From the NCBI GenBank assembly GCA_041745855.1, contig JBGTIE010000737.1, positions 1 through 35,026 on the forward strand: a DNA stretch of 35,026 nt, given 5' to 3'. The stretch's first letter is position 1; each line of letters starts with the position of its first letter. Source of the stretch: Lysobacterales bacterium. Lineage in GTDB: Bacteria; Pseudomonadota; Gammaproteobacteria; Xanthomonadales; SZUA-5. The notes under the pieces were generated by a model, which was given only the letters and a program-made list of their open reading frames with translations, was not told where the DNA came from and searched no databases. Shown one piece after another: positions 23,783 through 31,004 of this stretch. The position numbers and the translations under genes are program-made.

Positions 23783-26700
23783 ATGCCAGCTGAAACTAAA
23801 GGTCGCGACCTCTTCATCGTAGACAACAGCGTGTCAGGCTGGACCTGCCTTCGCTATCTGGAGGAATGGGCTGGCATTGCGAAGAGCTTTGACATTGCAA
23901 CTGGCTACTTCGAGATCGGTGCGTTGCTCGCCCTCGATGGTAAGTGGCAGCAATTGGAGAAGATCAGGATCCTGATGGGCGCGGAAACAATGCAATTTTC
24001 TCGGAAAGCATTGCTTGAAGCTGTGCGGTCCCGCGCAGCAGAAGTATTGGATCGCAGCATTGAGTGCGACAAGACGGCAAACCCCTTCCTGAACAACGTG
24101 CCGGCAATTTTGGAGGCACTCCGCTCACGCCAGATCGAGTGCCGTGTCTACGACAAGGACAAGTTCCATGCAAAGGTATACATCACTCATGCCAAGTTGG
24201 AGGTTGTCGGGTCGCAGGCTCTCGTCGGATCCAGTAACTTCACCCCTCCTGGACTTACCCAAAACATCGAACTGAATATACAGGTGCAGAGTGCGCGCGA
24301 GGTGGCACAGCTGCAGGAATGGTTCGAGGTGCACTGGAACGACGCTAGCGACATCACTGACACTGTCATCGAGACGATCGATCGTCACACGCGCCCTTAC
24401 AAACCATTCGAGGTGTACGCGAAGGCGCTACAGGAGTTCTTCCGCGGTCATGAATTGACAGCAAGCGAGTGGGACGAGACTCGCTCGAAGATGTTTCCGC
24501 ATATCGACCGCTATCAGAAGGAAGCCTACTGGGCGCTGATGAAGATTGCGCGCCAGCACGGTGGCGCGTTCCTCTGCGACGGCGTCGGGCTCGGCAAGAC
24601 CTTCGTCGGCCTGATGCTGATCGAACGCCTGGTGCTGCACGAAGGAAAGCGCGTCGTGCTTTTTGCACCAAAGGCAGCGAAGGAGGGAGTGTGGGAGCCG
24701 CATTTGCGTGACTGGTTACCACACATCGGCGGTGTAGGTGGCGGCGCTGACTTTAGCAACCTGGCTGTCTTCAGCCACACGGACCTCGGCCGCAAAGGCG
24801 ACTTTCCCGAGCGTTTTCGAAGGATTGCGGAGTTGGCGGACGTCGTTGTGATCGATGAAGCACACCACTTTCGCAATCCGGGTCGCCCACGTAGGGAAGA
24901 CGACGACGTTGAGCCATCCCGCTACCATCGTCTTTATGACCTGCTCGACAGCACGGCACGGCCAAAGACACTCTTCATGCTCACTGCAACGCCAATCAAC
25001 AACCGACTGAGCGACTTCCGGCATATGGCAGAGCTGTTCACGCGCCGGGACCAGACGTATTTCGCGCGAACGCTGGGCGTCAACAATCTGACTGCGCACT
25101 TCAACCAAGTGGAAAAGGCGCTCCGAAGCCAGGTCGGCCATGACGTGAGCGATGTCGCCGAACACATCACCGAAGCTCAGGAGATTCTGGCGAGCGATGA
25201 GGTCTTCCGTCATCTGGTAGTCCAGCGTAGTCGCGCCTATGCACGAGAAAGCCAGATCCGCGAGACAGGCAAGGCGGCCGCCTTTCCGGATCGAAGATCT
25301 CCCCAGGTGGCCGGTTATTCAATACGGAAGAGTTACGGACGTCTGCTCGACATGTTCGAGAACGCTTTCCAAGGGAAGAATCCGCTTTTTGCATTGCCGA
25401 TGTACTACCCGTTGGCTTGGTACAAGGGGCCAGATACCAGTATTGACCCGCTGGAGCAGGGTCGGCAGAAGCAGGTTGTTGGTCTCATTCGAACCAACTT
25501 TCTCAAGCGCTTCGAAAGCTCGGTCGTGGCGTTCGAGCTTTCCTGCGACCGACTGCTACAGAAGCTCATGGCGTTTCTGGAGGTACATAGTAAGACAGTA
25601 ACCGAGAAGAAGAAGCTGGAGCGCTGGAAAACGGACAATGCCGAGGCGCTCGGCTACGCGCGTCAGAGGCAGCTGGAGCTTTGGGGTGATAGCCGCGACG
25701 AGTCCGAAGACGAAGACATTGTGCCTCAGGAAATGCTTGATGCCGTCGAGCGTCTTGACCGCAATGAGTACGATTTGTCAGCCATGATGGCAGAAACGTT
25801 TCGGGACCTCGACCAGCTAACTCACTTTGTAAGTGAAGCGAAGAAGTTCCAGCCAAAGCACGACGACAAGCTGCAGAAGCTCATCCGCCTACTCAAAACC
25901 AAGGATCTCGCCGGCCAAAAAGTGTTGATCTTCACCGAGTTCGCCGACACAGCGCGCTACCTGAAGCGCGAACTGGACCGGGCCGGCATCGACGGCGTTG
26001 CCCAGGTGGACAGCGCAACCAAGGCCAACCGAGCCGATGTCATTCAGCGCTTCGCGCCTTACTACAACAGCACTTCCTCGAAGGCGCTAGCGAAGAAGGG
26101 GGACCCTGAGACCCAGATACTCATCTCGACCGATGTTCTCTCGGAAGGCCTGAACCTTCAGGATGCTTCCCGGATGATCAACTACGACATCCACTGGAAC
26201 CCGGTCCGCCTGATGCAGCGCATCGGCCGCGTGGACCGGCGCATGAATCCGGAAGTCGAGAAACGATTTATCGCCGATCACCCCGAAGTCGCCTCGTCGC
26301 GCGGGAAAGTGAGCTTCTGGAACTTTCTGCCGCCCGACGAGTTGAATGCAATTCTTACTCTCTACACAAAAGTTACCCAGAAGACTCTGCTGATTTCCAA
26401 GACCCTCGGCATCGAGGGTAAGAAGCTGCTCACACCTGACGACGACTTCGACGCTCTCAGGGAGTTCAACCACGCCTATGAAGGCACAAAGACCGCCGTT
26501 GAGGACATGCATCTTGAGTTTCAGTCGCTGCTGCAGGCTGACCCGGAGCTGGAGTCCCGCCTGCGACGGCTGCCAGGCGCCACTTTTAGCGGTCGCAAGT
26601 GTCCTGCGAAGGGTGCGCGAGGAGTGTTCTTCTGCTACGCGCTCCCGGCGCTCGACAAGGAAGCCGGCGAATTCACACAAGAGGCCGGTACCACCCGCTG

Positions 26701-26932
26701 GTACCTCTTCGATCTCGAACGGGACGCAATTCTGGAGGACCCTGGCGAGATCGTTGGCAGCATCCGCTCCAAACCCGAGACGCCGCGCAGGTGCACTACC
26801 GGGCAGAAGACCCTCGTCGAGCTCCGCGCAAAGCTTGAGAAGCACATCAAGAACACCTACCTGAGGCGGGTCGACGCGCCGGTCGGGGTGAAGCCGGCGC
26901 TTCGCTGCTGGATGGAACTCAACGAGGGATAG
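23783..26932 (+). CDS. PLD-family nuclease domain fused to SNF2-family helicase (1049 aa)
   Basis: N-terminal HKD-type motif FHAKVYITHAKLEVVGSQALVGSSNFT (about 24167-24244). SNF2 motifs DGVGLGKT (24581-24601), VIDEAHHFRN (DEAH 24854-24865) and LTATPINN. C-lobe LIFTEFADTARYL, STDVLSEGLNLQD and HWNPVRLMQRIGRVDR. Confidence 0.9.
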   Translation: MPAETKGRDLFIVDNSVSGWTCLRYLEEWAGIAKSFDIATGYFEIGALLALDGKWQQLEKIRILMGAETMQFSRKALLEAVRSRAAEVLDRSIECDKTANPFLNNVPAILEALRSRQIECRVYDKDKFHAKVYITHAKLEVVGSQALVGSSNFTPPGLTQNIELNIQVQSAREVAQLQEWFEVHWNDASDITDTVIETIDRHTRPYKPFEVYAKALQEFFRGHELTASEWDETRSKMFPHIDRYQKEAYWALMKIARQHGGAFLCDGVGLGKTFVGLMLIERLVLHEGKRVVLFAPKAAKEGVWEPHLRDWLPHIGGVGGGADFSNLAVFSHTDLGRKGDFPERFRRIAELADVVVIDEAHHFRNPGRPRREDDDVEPSRYHRLYDLLDSTARPKTLFMLTATPINNRLSDFRHMAELFTRRDQTYFARTLGVNNLTAHFNQVEKALRSQVGHDVSDVAEHITEAQEILASDEVFRHLVVQRSRAYARESQIRETGKAAAFPDRRSPQVAGYSIRKSYGRLLDMFENAFQGKNPLFALPMYYPLAWYKGPDTSIDPLEQGRQKQVVGLIRTNFLKRFESSVVAFELSCDRLLQKLMAFLEVHSKTVTEKKKLERWKTDNAEALGYARQRQLELWGDSRDESEDEDIVPQEMLDAVERLDRNEYDLSAMMAETFRDLDQLTHFVSEAKKFQPKHDDKLQKLIRLLKTKDLAGQKVLIFTEFADTARYLKRELDRAGIDGVAQVDSATKANRADVIQRFAPYYNSTSSKALAKKGDPETQILISTDVLSEGLNLQDASRMINYDIHWNPVRLMQRIGRVDRRMNPEVEKRFIADHPEVASSRGKVSFWNFLPPDELNAILTLYTKVTQKTLLISKTLGIEGKKLLTPDDDFDALREFNHAYEGTKTAVEDMHLEFQSLLQADPELESRLRRLPGATFSGRKCPAKGARGVFFCYALPALDKEAGEFTQEAGTTRWYLFDLERDAILEDPGEIVGSIRSKPETPRRCTTGQKTLVELRAKLEKHIKNTYLRRVDAPVGVKPALRCWMELNEG

Positions 26933-26936
26933 GACC

Positions 26937-29900
26937 ATGTCAACCAACCACCGCGCCGCATTGGCGGACATCAAGACATTCCCCCAGCTCATCGCCTACC
27001 TGCGCGACGAGATGGGCTGGCCGATTGCCCGCGACTCGTTCGAGGACGTGGACGATCTGTTCTACGACTTCACTGCCGACGAGCTCGGTATCGACCCGAA
27101 AACCGCCGCCAAGATCACCGAGATCAAGCGCCTCCGGCCACTCTCGCCCTGCCAGCCCTGGGGCATTTTCTTCGTCAAGTTCGAGCCGAAGAAGCTCCCG
27201 GTGGTGGCGCTGCGCCGCATCCTGAGCCAGGTGGCGCTCAAGAAGCGCGCCTCCGCCAACAGCGCCGACCACACTGCCTGGGCTGCCGACGACCTGCTCT
27301 TCGTCTCCAACTACGGTGAGGGCAGCGAGAGACAAATCAGCTTCGCGCATTTTGCGAAGCCGCAGGACGGCCACGACCTCCCCACCCTCAAGGTGCTCGG
27401 CTGGGACAACCGCGACACAGCATTGCATCTCGACGCCGTTGCGAAGGAGCTGACGCAGCATCTGGCCTGGCCCGACGACGACGCCGATGTCGAGGCCTGG
27501 CGCAAAGGCTGGCGCGGCGCCTTCACCCTGCGCCACGGCGAAGTCGTCACCACATCGAAGGAACTCTCGATCCGCCTGGCCAGGCTGGCGGGTGACATCC
27601 GCGACCGCATCAAGTCCGCGCTCGCCATCGAAACCGACCGCGGCCCGCTCACCAAACTGATGAGGACGTTCCAGACGTCGCTGGTTCACGATCTCGACAC
27701 CGACGGCTTCTCCGACATGTACGCGCAGACCATTGCCTATGGTCTGCTCTCGGCGCGCATTGCCGACCCGCACAAGAAGACCGTCGACGACTTCGCCGGC
27801 CACATGCGCACCAACCCGTTCCTGCGCGAGCTGATGGAGACCTTCCTCAAGGTCGGCGGGCGGCGCGGCAAGGCGGGCGGGCCGGGCATCGACTTCGACG
27901 AGCTGGGCGTGAGCGAAGTCGTGCAGTTGCTCGACGACGCCAACATGGAAGCTGTCGTCCTCGACTTCGGTGACAAGAACCCGCAGGAAGACCCGGTCAT
28001 CCACTTCTACGAGTTGTTCCTCAAGGAGTACGACGCCAAGAAGCGGATGCAGCGCGGCGTCTTCTACACCCCACGCCCGGTGGTCTCCTACATCGTGCGC
28101 TCGGTGGACGAGCTGCTGCGCACCGAGTTCGGCCTCGACGACGGTCTCGCCGACACGACCACCTGGGGCGAGATGGCCAAGCGCCACAAGGATCTGAAGA
28201 TTCCCAAGGGCGTCTCACCTGACCAGCCCTTCGTGCAGATCCTCGATCCCGCTACTGGCACCGGAACCTTCCTGGTCGAGGTCATCGACATTATCCACAA
28301 GACGATGGTCGCTAGGTGGAAGGCGCAAGGCCACCGCCAGAAGAAGGTCGCGTCGCTGTGGAACGAGTACGTGCCCGAGGCCCTATTGAAGCGCTTGCAT
28401 GCCTACGAACTGTTGATGGCGCCCTACGCCATCGCGCATTTGAAGGTCGGGCTCAAGCTCTACGAGACCGGGTACCGCTTCGGCAGCGATGAACGGGCGC
28501 GCATCTACCTCACGAATGCGTTGGAGCCGGCGCACGACTTCTCGGGGACCTTTGAGTTCGCGATTCCGGCGCTCGCGCATGAGGCGCGTGCAGTCAACGC
28601 AATCAAGAGCCACCAACGTTTCACCGTCGTGATCGGCAACCCACCGTATGCGGGCGTATCGTCAAATACGGGCGAATGGGTCACTCGTCTGATAAAGGAT
28701 TACTACTTTGTAAATGGGGAGCCATTGGGTGAACGCAATCCGAAATGGCTGCAGGATGACTATGTCAAATTTATCCGGTTTGGCCAATGGCAGTTGACTA
28801 ACAGCGGGATTGGTCTGTTCAGTTTCATTACGAACCACAGCTACATCGACAACCCGACGTTCCGAGGATTCCGTCGGAATTTTGCAACGCAGTTTTCAAA
28901 TGTTGCCGTTCTCGATCTTCATGGAAATTCAAAGAAAAAAGAGTCGTCTCCAGACGGAACGACCGATGAAAACGTGTTCGATATCCAGCAAGGGGTGGCC
29001 ATCTTTTCCGCTTGGAAATCGCAAGGGACGAGCCGGAACATTTTGCACGGCGACTTGTTTGGGACACGCCAAACGAAATACGCTCGATTGCTCGGAAACT
29101 CTTATGCTTCGACTAAATGGACAGCGGTAGCGAGTTCCGAACCATATTACCTGTTTGTGCCACAATCAGAAGACTTGCGTGCTGAATACGAAGCAAGTAT
29201 GCGCATCACTGACCTTACTCTAACGAATGGCTGGGGCGTCGCGACGAGGAAGGATTACCTGCTGGTGGATTTCGATGGCGACGATCTGCGATCTCGGTTC
29301 AACAAGATATTGGGCGGCACGGCAAATGAGGCCTATGCGCTCGGCCTGAAAGACAATCCGCACTGGAAGTTCTCTTCGGTCAAAGACCGGCTGGGGAAGA
29401 CTGTAGGAAAACGAGTCGTGAAGTATGCCTACCGCCCCTTCGACACCCGCTGGGTCTTTTACGAGCCGCTAATGATTGAAAGAGGAGACCATCGTTGGTC
29501 CATTGCACGGCACCTCTTCAACCTTGAGGACAATCTAAGCCTGCTCGTCAGTCGAACCGGCGCCGCCGCCGGTTCTCCTATGTGGGATGTTCTTTTCGTG
29601 GCCAACGGGATTAGTGATCTAAACCTTTTTCGGCGCGGGGGGGCGTTCATGTTTCCCCTTTATCTTGTGCCTGGCGACGATGAATTAGCATTCAGTTCAA
29701 CCAAGGCGCTGAATCTATCTGTTCAGTTTCTCAATGCGCTTTGTTCGCAGCTTAAATTGAAACCGAGCACGACAGGCCTGCCTGACGGCCTGACGCCCGA
29801 AGACATCTTCCACTACGCCTACGCGGTGTTTCACAGTCCCGGCTACCGGAGCCGCTACGCGGAGTTTCTGAAGATTGATTTCCCGCGCCTTCCATTGACA

Positions 29901-30956
29901 GGGAACCTGGAGCTTTTCCGATCGCTGGCCCGGCTAGGCGGCGAACTCACTGCCCTGCACCTGCTGGAGTCGCCAAAGCTCGCCCAGCCCATCACCGAGT
30001 TCATCGGCGGCCGCCATCCCGAAGTCGAAAAAACCTCGTGGTCGCGCAACACCGTGTGGGTGGACAAGGCGCAGTCGACCGGCTTCCAGGGCGTGCGCGA
30101 GGACGTGTGGAACTTTCACATCGGCGGTTACCAGGTCTGCGAGAAGTGGCTCAAGGACCGCAAGGGACGCACGCTCAGTAAGGACGACATCGCCCACTAC
30201 CAGAAGATCGTCGTCGCGCTCAACGAGACCATCCGCCTGATGAAGGAGATAGACGAAGTTATTGAGAAGCATGGCGGCTGGCCCGGCGCATTTTCGTCAT
30301 CCTCGGGTCCTGCCCTGACGAGAAGGGTTGAGACGCCGTTGTCAACTGTCGAGACTATGAAGCTGCCTGTCGGCGCGCCACCTCAGCAACAGCTGTATGT
30401 GATCCCTGATGTCCCGTTCAGGAGGGCCGCGGAGCCCGCTCGACCCGAGTACGACGCTGAGCCAGCCAACACATCGTCTCAAGGGCTGGCGAACAGGGAC
30501 CGGCTGCTGGACAAGGATCAACTTGTTTGTCGAGTTCGGCATTGTTTCATGGGGGGCAAGGAGCGCGACCGAGAAGAAGCCATCCTCGAACTCGCTCGGG
30601 CATCGGGATACCAACGGACTGGGTCTCGAGTCCGCGAAGCCATGGACGACGCGATTCGAACGTCAGTGCGAAGGGGGATCCTGGAGAACGTTGGAGGCAA
30701 GCTGCGGATCTGCGCCAAGTCCATCGATCAATACGAGCGCGAGTTCCTCAAGACCCAGTTCCTCGCATCCTTGGAGGGAACGAACTGGACTGAGCGGGAG
30801 GACGCCATCCGGGCATTTGCCCGTTGGCTGGGGTTCCTGCGGACCGGCTCGACGATCGACGAGACGGCTCGTTCACTCATCAACGGCTTGATTCGGGAGT
30901 CGAGGCTTGAAAGCGAGGGAACGAGGGTGCGGATCGGCGGCATGATTCACGAATGA
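26937..30956 (+). CDS. N6-adenine DNA methyltransferase (Eco57I/type-IIG/ISP-like) with type-ISP-like C-terminal specificity region and a repeat-containing tail (1339 aa)
   Basis: GVFYTPRPVV (28062-28085), motif I ILDPATGTGTF (28239-28271) and motif IV NPPY (28638-28649). HIGGYQVCEKWLKDRKGRTLSKDDIAHYQKIVVALNETIRLMKEIDEVI (30117-30263) resembles the type ISP C-terminal domain. The start is 4 nt after the SNF2 stop. Confidence 0.88.
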   Translation: MSTNHRAALADIKTFPQLIAYLRDEMGWPIARDSFEDVDDLFYDFTADELGIDPKTAAKITEIKRLRPLSPCQPWGIFFVKFEPKKLPVVALRRILSQVALKKRASANSADHTAWAADDLLFVSNYGEGSERQISFAHFAKPQDGHDLPTLKVLGWDNRDTALHLDAVAKELTQHLAWPDDDADVEAWRKGWRGAFTLRHGEVVTTSKELSIRLARLAGDIRDRIKSALAIETDRGPLTKLMRTFQTSLVHDLDTDGFSDMYAQTIAYGLLSARIADPHKKTVDDFAGHMRTNPFLRELMETFLKVGGRRGKAGGPGIDFDELGVSEVVQLLDDANMEAVVLDFGDKNPQEDPVIHFYELFLKEYDAKKRMQRGVFYTPRPVVSYIVRSVDELLRTEFGLDDGLADTTTWGEMAKRHKDLKIPKGVSPDQPFVQILDPATGTGTFLVEVIDIIHKTMVARWKAQGHRQKKVASLWNEYVPEALLKRLHAYELLMAPYAIAHLKVGLKLYETGYRFGSDERARIYLTNALEPAHDFSGTFEFAIPALAHEARAVNAIKSHQRFTVVIGNPPYAGVSSNTGEWVTRLIKDYYFVNGEPLGERNPKWLQDDYVKFIRFGQWQLTNSGIGLFSFITNHSYIDNPTFRGFRRNFATQFSNVAVLDLHGNSKKKESSPDGTTDENVFDIQQGVAIFSAWKSQGTSRNILHGDLFGTRQTKYARLLGNSYASTKWTAVASSEPYYLFVPQSEDLRAEYEASMRITDLTLTNGWGVATRKDYLLVDFDGDDLRSRFNKILGGTANEAYALGLKDNPHWKFSSVKDRLGKTVGKRVVKYAYRPFDTRWVFYEPLMIERGDHRWSIARHLFNLEDNLSLLVSRTGAAAGSPMWDVLFVANGISDLNLFRRGGAFMFPLYLVPGDDELAFSSTKALNLSVQFLNALCSQLKLKPSTTGLPDGLTPEDIFHYAYAVFHSPGYRSRYAEFLKIDFPRLPLTGNLELFRSLARLGGELTALHLLESPKLAQPITEFIGGRHPEVEKTSWSRNTVWVDKAQSTGFQGVREDVWNFHIGGYQVCEKWLKDRKGRTLSKDDIAHYQKIVVALNETIRLMKEIDEVIEKHGGWPGAFSSSSGPALTRRVETPLSTVETMKLPVGAPPQQQLYVIPDVPFRRAAEPARPEYDAEPANTSSQGLANRDRLLDKDQLVCRVRHCFMGGKERDREEAILELARASGYQRTGSRVREAMDDAIRTSVRRGILENVGGKLRICAKSIDQYEREFLKTQFLASLEGTNWTEREDAIRAFARWLGFLRTGSTIDETARSLINGLIRESRLESEGTRVRIGGMIHE

Positions 30957-31004
30957 ACATGCTACTTAGTCCAACCAGATTGGCAAGACGAGGGAGAGTG
31001 GAGG

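Noticed and set aside
26087-28187. Minus-strand ORFs 26087-26992 (301 aa) and 26940-28187 (415 aa)
   Set aside because: They lie antisense to the SNF2 C-lobe and the MTase N-terminus, are V/G/A/E-rich and lack motifs. Both plus-strand genes have unambiguous catalytic motifs.
29637-29643. G7 homopolymer inside the methyltransferase low-GC block as a possible phase-variation switch
   Set aside because: To my recollection, seven Gs is below the tract length usually associated with efficient slipped-strand switching. The tract is in frame in this sequence, and nothing in a single sequence shows length variation. It is only worth checking in population reads.
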